64,000 bases of DNA. Origin: Pseudolysinimonas sp. (GTDB lineage Bacteria; Actinomycetota; Actinomycetes; Actinomycetales; Microbacteriaceae). The stretch lies in the NCBI RefSeq assembly GCF_049651805.1, contig NZ_JBASCU010000005.1:8280-72279 (forward strand), given 5' to 3'. Positions 18,372 through 26,782 of this stretch are shown here, piece by piece. The notes beneath the pieces were generated by a model. It was not told the DNA's origin, ran no database searches, and was given only the letters and a program-made list of their open reading frames with translations. Every line of letters starts with the position of its first letter. Positions within the stretch are counted from its first letter, which is position 1. Position numbers and translations under genes: made by a program.

Positions 18372-19183
18372 GGGTTGGGCGTCTCGGCGCGCGCGACATG
18401 CAGCACGCTCACGTCGCCGCTCACGGTGTTCACGCGGAAGTCGGTCCAACGACCCTCGAGCACGCCGGTCTTGCCGGTGTACTTGCCGCGCACCCGCAAC
18501 GAAGCGTCGTCGAGCTGGAGCCGGCCGCTGACGGTGTTGATCGAGTACGAGGTCGCGACATCGGCTTCGAGCCGGGCGGTGACGTTGCCGCTCACCGAGT
18601 TGACCTTCACCACGTCGGGAATCTCGGCGAGGTCGAGGAACACGTTGCCGCTCACCCCGTCGCTCGTGTACGAGAGCACCGCGCCAGTGGCGGTGATGTC
18701 GCCGCTGACGGTGTGCGCGAAGATCCGGCCGTAGTGGTTGCGGGCGCTCAGCTCACCGCTCACCGAGTTGAGCTGTAGGTCGCCGGCGATGCCATCGGTC
18801 GACAGGTCGCCGCTCACGGTGCTGAGGTCGGCATCCTCTTGCAGGCCGCTCACCAGCGCGGTCGCGCTGACGACGCCGAGCTTCAGCGAGACGTCGCGCG
18901 GCACGAGGATGCTGACGTCGGCCCGCGCCGCGCCCGGACGGAAGTTGCGGAACACGTCGAGCCAGTTCTCCCAGGAGAGCTGGGCGTGGTCGATCTCGAG
19001 GGTCTCGCCTTCGGCGGTGATGCGCAGGTCTTTGCCGCTCACGCTGTGCACCTCGACACGCACGACCGGCTCGTCGTGCGCGATGACGTCGACGTGACCG
19101 GCGACGAGACCGACCTTCAGCTTGCGGATGCCGTCGATCTCGATCGTCTTCGGCTCACTGAGGAGCCACTTCTGCTGGGACAT
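18368..19183 (-). CDS. DUF4097 family beta-strand repeat protein
   Basis: Repeated SGD/SGN-containing strands (VSGDL, VSGEL, VSGDI, VSGNV). Typical partner of PadR. Confidence 0.8.
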   Translation of the reverse strand: MSQQKWLLSEPKTIEIDGIRKLKVGLVAGHVDVIAHDEPVVRVEVHSVSGKDLRITAEGETLEIDHAQLSWENWLDVFRNFRPGAARADVSILVPRDVSLKLGVVSATALVSGLQEDADLSTVSGDLSTDGIAGDLQLNSVSGELSARNHYGRIFAHTVSGDITATGAVLSYTSDGVSGNVFLDLAEIPDVVKVNSVSGNVTARLEADVATSYSINTVSGRLQLDDASLRVRGKYTGKTGVLEGRWTDFRVNTVSGDVSVLHVARAETPNP

Positions 19184-19198
19184 CGCCCCGTCCTCTCT

Positions 19199-19235
19199 CG
19201 CGATATATCGCGTTGCCTAGTCACGATATATCGCG
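19199..19235. promoter_or_regulatory. two AT-centred palindromes, candidate PadR operators
   Basis: CGCGATATATCGCG (19199-19212, perfect) and CACGATATATCGCG (19222-19235), 16 nt or more upstream of the DUF4097 ATG. Confidence 0.5.
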
Positions 19236-19263
19236 AATGACGGGGTGGTCAACACCCGGGTGC

Positions 19264-19371
19264 CTTTCCGTTTTCAGGAGGTTGTGTGGCGGATGTCCGG
19301 AACCAGCCCGATTCGAGGTGACACGGGTCACATCAGCAACTCCTTCCCCTCACCTTCCTGAAAACGGTAAG
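19264..19371. repeat. MITE-like inverted-repeat element, family 1, copy A (intergenic)
   Basis: Starts CTTTCCGTTTTCAGGA and ends CCTGAAAACGGTAAG. Shares termini and a GTGGCGGA(T/A)GTC core with 51428-51536. Confidence 0.6.
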
Positions 19372-19385
19372 TCGGCGGCTAGGCG

Positions 19386-19416
19386 TTGACATTGACGCAA
19401 CGTCAAGTTCTAGCGT
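19386..19416 (+). promoter_or_regulatory. MerR-type promoter with 19-bp spacer containing a dyad
   Basis: TTGACA (19386-19391), dyad TTGACGCAACGTCAA (19392-19406), TAGCGT (19411-19416). Confidence 0.6.
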
Positions 19417-19423
19417 GGACGGC

Positions 19424-20092
19424 ATGGAGTGGAGCATCCAACAGATCGCGAAGTTGGCCGGTACCACGAGCCGCACGTTGCGTCACTACGACGACACGGG
19501 CCTCGTGCCGCCGAGCCGGGTCGGCGCCAACGGGTATCGGTACTACGACGCCGATGCCCTCGTGCGCTTGCAGCGGGTGTTGCTGTTGCGCGAACTCGGA
19601 CTCGGCATCCCGGCGATCGCCGAGGTGTTGGCGGGCGAGCGCGACGACCGGCACGCGCTGACGCTCCACCTGACGTGGCTTCGCGAGGAGCAGCGTCGGC
19701 TCGACCGGCAGATCGCCAGCGTCGAGACCACGATCCAGACCCTGAAAGGAGGTGAGAAACCGATGGCAGAGAACATGTTCGACGGCTTCGACCACACGCA
19801 GTACAAGGAAGAGGTCGAGGAGCGCTGGGGCAAGGATGCGTACGCGAAGTCCGACGCCTGGTGGCGCGGGCTGAGCGGCGATGAGAAGTCAGCGTTTCAG
19901 CAGACCGCGGCCCGGCTCGGTGCCGACTGGGCGGATGCCGCCCAGCGTGGCGTCGACCCGGTGAGCGACGAGGCGCAGGCCATCGCTCAGCGGCAGTTCG
20001 ACTGGCTGTGCGGCATCCCAGGCACCCCCGGCGGCGGCCAAGCCGGCCCGACGAAGGAGTACTACTCGGCCCTCGTCGGCACGCGGCCGTAG
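19424..20092 (+). CDS. MerR family regulator with TipAS-like C-terminal domain
   Basis: HTH WSIQQIAKLAGTTSRTLRHYDDTGLV, then FDHTQYKEEVEERWGKDAY. ATG at 19424 is probably leaderless; the ORF track starts at GTG 19415. Confidence 0.85.
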   Translation: MEWSIQQIAKLAGTTSRTLRHYDDTGLVPPSRVGANGYRYYDADALVRLQRVLLLRELGLGIPAIAEVLAGERDDRHALTLHLTWLREEQRRLDRQIASVETTIQTLKGGEKPMAENMFDGFDHTQYKEEVEERWGKDAYAKSDAWWRGLSGDEKSAFQQTAARLGADWADAAQRGVDPVSDEAQAIAQRQFDWLCGIPGTPGGGQAGPTKEYYSALVGTRP

Positions 20093-20172
20093 CCATCGGT
20101 CGCGACGGCGACGACGGTCGCGAGTGCGGCCCAGGCCGCGAACGCGAGCAGCGAGATCGTGATGGCGATCAT
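20062..20172 (-). CDS. possible 36-aa hydrophobic peptide translationally coupled to the yczE-like gene
   Basis: ATG overlaps the upstream TGA (ATGA). MIAITISLLAFAAWAALATVVAVATDGYGRVPTRAE. No other support. Confidence 0.3.
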   Translation of the reverse strand: MIAITISLLAFAAWAALATVVAVATDGYGRVPTRAE

Positions 20173-20825
20173 GCGGGCACCTCCTCCTCCACGATCGGGA
20201 CGGGCCGCTCCGGCACCCGCAGCAGCGGCAGCGTGACGTTGACCATCGGGCCGATGAGCAGCGCGAAGGCGAGGGTGCCGACGCCGAGCTGACCACCGAG
20301 CACGAAGCCGATGGTGAGCACGGTGACCTCGATACCGGTGCGCACGACCCAAATCGGCCAGCCGGTGCGGCGGTGGAGCCCCGTCATCAGCCCGTCGCGC
20401 GGGCCGGGCCCGAGGCGTGCCCCGATGTACAGGCCGGTTGCGATCGCCAGCAGCGCGAGCCCGCCGCCGAACACGACGCCCTGCTGCCACGGCACGGTCT
20501 GTTGGGGCACGAGCCACAGTCCGAGTTCGGCGCTAGGCCCGATGAGCAGCACGTTGAGCACGGTGCCGACGCCGGGCTTCTCGCGGAGCGGAATCCACAG
20601 CAGCAGCACGAGCGCGCCGACCAGGCTGACGACGAGCCCGAACGGGATGCCGGTCTGCCGGGTGATCCCCTGGGCGAACACGTCCCAGGGCGGAACACCG
20701 ATCCCGCCCCGCACGAGCAGCGCGATGGCGATGCCGTAGGCGACGAGGCCGATGACCAACTGGACCCCGCGGCGCACCCACAGGGCGGGGGATGAGGGGT
20801 CCGATGCGAGCATGAGGCCAGCCAA
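20169..20825 (-). CDS. YczE/YitT-like membrane protein
   Basis: 218-aa multi-TM ORF (TTG start), divergent from a MocR regulator, which is a common arrangement. Family assignment is recollection. Confidence 0.65.
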   Translation of the reverse strand: MAGLMLASDPSSPALWVRRGVQLVIGLVAYGIAIALLVRGGIGVPPWDVFAQGITRQTGIPFGLVVSLVGALVLLLWIPLREKPGVGTVLNVLLIGPSAELGLWLVPQQTVPWQQGVVFGGGLALLAIATGLYIGARLGPGPRDGLMTGLHRRTGWPIWVVRTGIEVTVLTIGFVLGGQLGVGTLAFALLIGPMVNVTLPLLRVPERPVPIVEEEVPA

Positions 20826-20874
20826 CTCCCAAATTGGCCCTTGAGCAAGGTGCCAATCCTGCTACGGTGGCTGG

Positions 20875-22299
20875 ATGGCATCCCTCTCTGCCCGCGCCCT
20901 GGCCGCCCTCATCGTCGGCTGGCGCGACCTCGCGAACGGCCCCGCCTACGCCGCACTGGCCGACCGGGTGCGGCTGCTGATCCTCGACGGCCGCATCACC
21001 CTCGGCACCCGGCTGCCGGCCGAACGCGAGCTCGCCGCGCAGCTCGGGCTCAGTCGCACCACCGTCTCCGCCGCCTATGCCGACCTCCGCGACAGCGGCT
21101 ACCTCGACAGCTTGCGCGGATCCGGCAGCGTCGCACGGCTGCCCTCCCGCGGTGGCATCGTGCCCGACGTGTTCGTCACCGATCAACTCGACTTCAGCAA
21201 GGCCGTGCTGCCGGCTCATCCGGCCGTCGCCGACGCGGCCCAGCGGGCGGTCGCCGCCCTGCCGTCATTCCTCGACGAGTCGGGCTTCGATCCGATGGGG
21301 ATGCGACTGGCCCGCCAGGCGATCGCCGACCGGTACACCGCTCGGGGACTGCCGACGGATGCCGACGAGGTGCTGATCACCGTCGGGGCGCAACACGCGA
21401 TCGTTCTGCTCGCCCACACGCTCCTGTCGCGCGGCGATCGGGCGATCATCGAATCCCCGAGCTTCCCGCACGCGGTCGAGGCCATCCGCGCCGCCGGCGC
21501 GCGGGTCGTCGCCGTGCCGGTGACGCCCGACGAAGGCTGGGACGCCTCGGCCCTCGAGCAGGCGTTCCAGCGCACCAGCCCGGTGCTCGCCTACCTCATG
21601 CCCGACAACCACAACCCCACCGGCGCGACCATGCCTCGCGCGCAGCGGGAGCAGGTCGTCGCGCTCGCCGCCGAGCAGGGCACCACGCTCATCATCGATG
21701 AGACGATCGGCGGACTCGAGCTCGACGGCCAGGCCGCGCAGCCGCCGTTCGCCACCCTCGGCCGCGCCGTCATGCTCGGCTCGCTCGGCAAGTCGGTGTG
21801 GGGCGGGTTGCGCATCGGCTGGATCCGGGCCGATCGCGAACTCATCCAACGGGTGGCGCGCAACCGGTTCGCGGCCTCCGACCTCGGCACGCCCATCCTC
21901 GAGCAGCTCATCCTCGTCGACCTGCTCGCCGACCTCGACCGCATCCTCGACGACCGCCGTGCGTACCTGCGGGCGAGTCGCGACCACCTCGCGCGGCGGC
22001 TCGCCGAAGATCTCCCGTCATGGCGGATGCCGACCGTCGCGGGCGGGATCGCCGCGTGGGTCAACATCGGGCTTCCGATCTCGTCCCAGCTCGCCCTCGC
22101 CGCCCGCAACGAGGGGCTCGTGATCGCCGCCGGTGCGCGCTTCGGAGTGGAGGGGCTCTTCGAGCGCTTCATCCGCATCCCGTTCACCTACCCGCCCGAC
22201 GTCATCGACCGGGGAGTCGACGCGCTCGCCGCCGCCTGGCGGTCGGTCGCGCGCACCCCGCTCGCGGTCACCGACGGCGACTACGCCCAGGTCGTCTGA
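20875..22299 (+). CDS. MocR/GntR-family PLP-dependent transcriptional regulator
   Basis: N-terminal GntR winged helix (LPAERELAAQLGLSRTTVSAAYADL) fused to an aminotransferase fold with a SLGKS lysine motif. Confidence 0.9.
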   Translation: MASLSARALAALIVGWRDLANGPAYAALADRVRLLILDGRITLGTRLPAERELAAQLGLSRTTVSAAYADLRDSGYLDSLRGSGSVARLPSRGGIVPDVFVTDQLDFSKAVLPAHPAVADAAQRAVAALPSFLDESGFDPMGMRLARQAIADRYTARGLPTDADEVLITVGAQHAIVLLAHTLLSRGDRAIIESPSFPHAVEAIRAAGARVVAVPVTPDEGWDASALEQAFQRTSPVLAYLMPDNHNPTGATMPRAQREQVVALAAEQGTTLIIDETIGGLELDGQAAQPPFATLGRAVMLGSLGKSVWGGLRIGWIRADRELIQRVARNRFAASDLGTPILEQLILVDLLADLDRILDDRRAYLRASRDHLARRLAEDLPSWRMPTVAGGIAAWVNIGLPISSQLALAARNEGLVIAAGARFGVEGLFERFIRIPFTYPPDVIDRGVDALAAAWRSVARTPLAVTDGDYAQVV

Positions 22300-22406
22300 G
22301 CGGCATTCATCCCTCGGGAGTACGGTCGGGTTCCCGCCGGTTGCGATACTGACTCGGGTAGCACGGCGGCGTGCCTGCCTTCCATCCCCTGCTTGAGGAG
22401 CCTGTC

Positions 22407-25400
22407 GTGCATCTGTTGTCGGTGTTCAGTCTGCGCAACCGCGCGCTCATCGCCCTGCTCACGATCGTCATCGGCATCTTCGGCGGCATCGCTCTCACCT
22501 CGCTCAAGCAGGAGCTGTTCCCCTCCATCTCGCTGCCGAGTCTCACGATCATCAGTACCTACCGCGGCGCGACTCCGGATGTCGTCGAGAACGACGTGTC
22601 GACCCCGATCGAGGCCGCGATCCAGGGCGTGGACGGACTCGAGTCGACGTCGGCGACCTCCGGTGCGGGCGTCTCGACCATCTCGGCCTCGTTCACCTAC
22701 GGCACCGACCTCGGACGCGCCGAGCAGAAGATCTCCCTCGCGATAGGCCGCATCGCCGACACCCTTCCCGACGCGGTCGACACGCAGGTCGTCGCGTTCT
22801 CGCTGAGCGACCTCCCCGTCGTCGTTCTCGCCGTCACGAGCGACCTGGATGCGGAAGAGCTCTCCGCCCGACTGCGTGACCAGACGATCGTCGACCTCGC
22901 CAACCTGCCGGGTGTGGCCGAGGCGTCGCTCTCCGGGGCGAGCGGACAGCGTGTGACGATCACGCCCGACACCGACGCCCTGTTCGCGGCCGGTCTGTCG
23001 AATCAGGCGATCCGGGATGCGCTCGACGACAACGGCGTGCTGCTCGCGACCGGCGTGATCGACGAAGGCGATCAGGAGCTCACGGTGCAGGCCGGCAGTG
23101 CGCTCACCTCGGCCGACGACATCGCCGCCCTGCCGCTGTTCGGAGGCTCGGACGCGACCACGACGATCGGCGATGTCGCGGACGTCGAGATCGTCTCCAA
23201 CCCGGTGACGGCGCTTTCACGCGTCAACGGTGACCCGTCGCTGACGATCTCGATCACCAAGGCCGCCGCCGCGAACACCGTCGAGGTGTCGCACGTGATC
23301 CACGCCGCGCTTCCGGCGCTCGCGGAAGCGCTCGGCGACGGCACCGAGTTCACCGCGGTCTTCGATCAGGCACCGTTCATCGAGCAGTCGATCGAGTCGC
23401 TCGCGACGGAGGGCGTGCTCGGTCTCGTCTTCGCCGTGGTCGTCATCCTCATCTTCCTGCTGTCGATCCGCTCGACCCTGGTCACCGCCATCTCGATCCC
23501 GGCGTCGGTGCTCATCACCTTCATCGGAATGTGGGCGACCGGCTACTCGCTCAACGTGCTCACCCTCGGCGCGATCACGATCGCCATCGGCCGCGTCGTC
23601 GACGACTCGATCGTCGTCATCGAGAACATCAAACGACACATGTCGCTGGGGGAAGAGAAGCTCACCGCGATCCGAAACGGAGTGCGCGAGGTCGCGACCG
23701 CCATCACCGCGTCGACGGCCACCACGGTTGCCGTGTTCCTGCCGATCGCCCTCGTCAGCGACGTGACCGGGGAGCTGTTCCGGCCGTTCGCGCTGACGGT
23801 GACGATTGCTCTCGTCGCGTCGCTGCTCGTGTCGCTCACGATCGTGCCGGTGCTCGCGTACTGGTTCTTGAAGGCGCCCAAGCCCGGGTCGATCGTGACG
23901 GAGGCCGACGAGCTCGACAAGCCCACCCGGCTGCAGCGCGCCTACCTGCCCGCCCTCGACTGGACACTGCGGCACCCGGTCGTCACGCTCTCGGCGGCGG
24001 CCGTCGTGCTCGTCGGCACCGCCGGGCTTTACACGCTCGTGCCGACGAACTTCGTGTCGGACTCCGGGCAGAACACGATGACGGTCACTCAGACGCTGCC
24101 AGCCGGATCCAACCTCGATCGGGTCGACGAAGCCGCGCAGGAGGTCGAGCAGACGCTGCTCGATATCGACGGCATCGACGTCGTGCAGGTGTCGATCGGC
24201 AGCGATGGCGGCTCGATCCGCTCGTTCTTCGGCGGTGGCGCCGACGCGACCTTCTCGATCACCACCGACGCCTCCGCCGATCAGGAAGAGCTGCGGCGCA
24301 CCGTCACGGCGCAGCTCGACGATCTCGACGGCGTGGGTGACGTGTCGGTGGGCTCGGGCGGCGGTGGCTTCTCGAACGACGTGACGATCGACCTGCGGGC
24401 GGCCGACGCGGACGTGCTCGCCGAGGCGACCGCGTCGCTGCTCGGCGACGTGCAGGAACTCGAGGTCACGACGCAGGCGGAGTCGAACCTCGCGGTGACG
24501 CAGCCCTATCTCGCGATCGTCGTGGATCGGAAGACCGCTGCCGAGTACGGGCTCTCGGAGATCGCGGTGGGCGGCATCGTCGCCAACTCGATGCTGCCTG
24601 CAGCGGTGGGAGAGGTGACGATCGACGCCACCGTGCTCTCGGTCTACGTCACCGACCCGAACGCGCCGGTCACGCTTCAGGAACTGCGGGACTTCGAGAT
24701 CCCGACGTCACGCGGGCTCGTCGCGCTTTCGGAGCTCGCGAGCATCGAAGAGGTCGACGCCCCCGCGCAGATCTCGACCGAGCGCGGCATCCGCACGGCC
24801 ACGATCACGATCACGCCCTCGACGCCCAACCTCGCCGCGGTCACCCCCGCGCTCGAGCAGGCGATTCTGGATGCCGACCTGCCCGACGGTGTCTCGGCGT
24901 CGGTGGGCGGAGTGGCGGCCGACCAGGCGGAGGGCTTCGGCCAGCTCTACCTGGCGCTGCTCGCCGCCATCCTCATCGTCTACACGATCATGGTCGCGAC
25001 GTTCCGCTCGCTGCGCCAGCCGTTGCTGTTGCTCGTGTCGATCCCATTCGCGGCGACCGGCGCCTTCCTGCTGCAGCTGGTCTCCGGCATCCCGTTCGGT
25101 GCAGCGTCGATCATCGGACTGCTCATGCTGGTCGGCATCGTCGTCACCAACGCGATCGTGCTCATCGACCTCGTCAATCAGTACCGCGAGCGTGGGATGA
25201 ACGTGCGCGATGCCTTGCGGCACGGCGGCGCCCGGCGACTGCGCCCCATCCTGATGACGGCGCTCGCGACGATCGGCGCGTTGTTCTTTCTGACGATCGG
25301 GGTGACGGGGCAGGGCGGATTCATCTCGCAGCCGCTCGGGCTCGTGGTGACCGGCGGCCTGATCTCGTCGACGGTGCTGACGCTGCTCGTGCTTCCCGCT

Positions 25401-25460
25401 CTCTACTCGCTCGTCGAGGGCGCCCGGGAACGCCGCGAGGCCAAGCGCGCTCTGTCCTGA
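22407..25460 (+). CDS. RND efflux permease (AcrB/SwrC-like)
   Basis: About 1017 aa, 12-TM RND pattern. GTG at 22407 is 6 nt after GAGGAG; the ORF-track start is 22371. Confidence 0.9.
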   Translation: MHLLSVFSLRNRALIALLTIVIGIFGGIALTSLKQELFPSISLPSLTIISTYRGATPDVVENDVSTPIEAAIQGVDGLESTSATSGAGVSTISASFTYGTDLGRAEQKISLAIGRIADTLPDAVDTQVVAFSLSDLPVVVLAVTSDLDAEELSARLRDQTIVDLANLPGVAEASLSGASGQRVTITPDTDALFAAGLSNQAIRDALDDNGVLLATGVIDEGDQELTVQAGSALTSADDIAALPLFGGSDATTTIGDVADVEIVSNPVTALSRVNGDPSLTISITKAAAANTVEVSHVIHAALPALAEALGDGTEFTAVFDQAPFIEQSIESLATEGVLGLVFAVVVILIFLLSIRSTLVTAISIPASVLITFIGMWATGYSLNVLTLGAITIAIGRVVDDSIVVIENIKRHMSLGEEKLTAIRNGVREVATAITASTATTVAVFLPIALVSDVTGELFRPFALTVTIALVASLLVSLTIVPVLAYWFLKAPKPGSIVTEADELDKPTRLQRAYLPALDWTLRHPVVTLSAAAVVLVGTAGLYTLVPTNFVSDSGQNTMTVTQTLPAGSNLDRVDEAAQEVEQTLLDIDGIDVVQVSIGSDGGSIRSFFGGGADATFSITTDASADQEELRRTVTAQLDDLDGVGDVSVGSGGGGFSNDVTIDLRAADADVLAEATASLLGDVQELEVTTQAESNLAVTQPYLAIVVDRKTAAEYGLSEIAVGGIVANSMLPAAVGEVTIDATVLSVYVTDPNAPVTLQELRDFEIPTSRGLVALSELASIEEVDAPAQISTERGIRTATITITPSTPNLAAVTPALEQAILDADLPDGVSASVGGVAADQAEGFGQLYLALLAAILIVYTIMVATFRSLRQPLLLLVSIPFAATGAFLLQLVSGIPFGAASIIGLLMLVGIVVTNAIVLIDLVNQYRERGMNVRDALRHGGARRLRPILMTALATIGALFFLTIGVTGQGGFISQPLGLVVTGGLISSTVLTLLVLPALYSLVEGARERREAKRALS

Positions 25461-25484
25461 CCCTCCTCGGCCCGCCCACTGCAC

Positions 25485-25534
25485 CGATTTGCGCCGAGCG
25501 CGCGGGATGAAGCAATTGCGCTCGACGCAAATCG
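25485..25534. terminator. long hairpin between convergent genes (candidate bidirectional terminator)
   Basis: CGATTTGCGCCGAGCGC pairs with GCGCTCGACGCAAATCG (17-nt arms, one mismatch, 16-nt loop). No U-tract. Confidence 0.4.
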
Positions 25535-25546
25535 ATGCACTCGAGA

Positions 25547-26482
25547 TCAGTCGTCGGCGGGTGGGGCCGGCAGACCGAGGGTGCGGGCGTAGAAGGCGAG
25601 GATGCGCGACTTGAGGTCGTCGTCGAGCAGCGCGATCGAGTGCAGGGTGCCGTCGGCGACGAGGAACTCGACGTCGATGCCTTCGGCTCTCAGGTCTTCG
25701 ACGAAGTGCTCCGACTGGTCGAGCGGGATCTTCTCGGTGGTCGAGTGGGCGATGAAGAACGGCGGATCGCTGTCGTCGATGTGGGCGTTCGGTGACGCGG
25801 GCTCGGCGGTGGCGCAGTCCGCGAAGTTGTCGCAGCCGAGGTACTCGAGTTGCAGGGGTGCGAAATCGTCGGTGAGGTCGACCCCCGTCAGGTCAATCGG
25901 ACCGCTTAGGTCGACGACGGCGGCGACCCGCGGTCCGATGCCGAGGTCACCGCTGCCCGAGGTGCCGAGCAGTGCCGCGAGATTGCCTCCGGCTGAGCCG
26001 CCGAAGACTCCGATGCGGGCGGGATCGGTGCCGAAGCGCTCGGCCCGCTCGTCATCCCGCAACCAGGTCACCGCGGTCTGCAGGTCGTCGAACCCGGCGG
26101 GGAAGACCCACTCCGGCGCGAGCCGGTAGTTCACCGAGAACGCCGGGTATCCGGCGGCGGCGAGCCAGGTGCAGACGGCCCGCCACCCGACGCTGTCTTT
26201 CGTGCCCTCGCGCCAGCTTCCGCCGTGGATGACGAGGATGCCGGGCACCGGCTCCGCATCGACGGCGCGGTCGGGCGGCAGGCAGGCGTCCAACAGCAGG
26301 GGCACCCCGCCCGCGACGCCGTACTCGAGGTCGTCGAGCACCGTCACGTTCGGGTCGGTCGCGAGATCGGTACCGACGGCGTCGATCTGTGGGTCGATGC
26401 TTCCGGCATCCGCCCCGGTCGGTCCGCATGCGGCCAGCGCGAGCGCGGCGACCGCCACCGGGATGCCGACAGCCACACGCAT
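25547..26482 (-). CDS. alpha/beta hydrolase (esterase/lipase-type) lipoprotein
   Basis: Lipobox ALALAACG, oxyanion HGGSW and nucleophile elbow GGSAGG. Confidence 0.8.
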   Translation of the reverse strand: MRVAVGIPVAVAALALAACGPTGADAGSIDPQIDAVGTDLATDPNVTVLDDLEYGVAGGVPLLLDACLPPDRAVDAEPVPGILVIHGGSWREGTKDSVGWRAVCTWLAAAGYPAFSVNYRLAPEWVFPAGFDDLQTAVTWLRDDERAERFGTDPARIGVFGGSAGGNLAALLGTSGSGDLGIGPRVAAVVDLSGPIDLTGVDLTDDFAPLQLEYLGCDNFADCATAEPASPNAHIDDSDPPFFIAHSTTEKIPLDQSEHFVEDLRAEGIDVEFLVADGTLHSIALLDDDLKSRILAFYARTLGLPAPPADD

Positions 26483-26782
26483 CCCGGAAGCCTAAGCGAC
26501 CCGGCTATCTGCCCGAGAAGGCCCCTTGCGCACGCGCTGAAGGGGCCATGTCGGGCAAATGGCCGTTCTTCACGGGCGGGATGCTGTATCGTCGGTGCGT
26601 CGGCTCTCGACACGCGCCTCAGGCGCGAAAGCAAGACTGTCAGTCGAGCGGGCCGGATCGTGACTCAGTCGAGGCACGAGGAATCCATTCAGGAAAACGG
26701 CCCCGGTCTACGTATGCCCGGGTTCTCGGCGGGTGCTTCGGCGCGCGTCGCACGCTGAACACCGAGTATCGAAAGAACCAGA

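Noticed and set aside
26685-26700. ATTCAGGAAAACGG resembles the family 1 terminal repeat (TTCCTGAAAACGG).
   Set aside because: The match is imperfect, there is no partner inverted repeat within 150 nt, and none of the internal core is present. It is probably chance.
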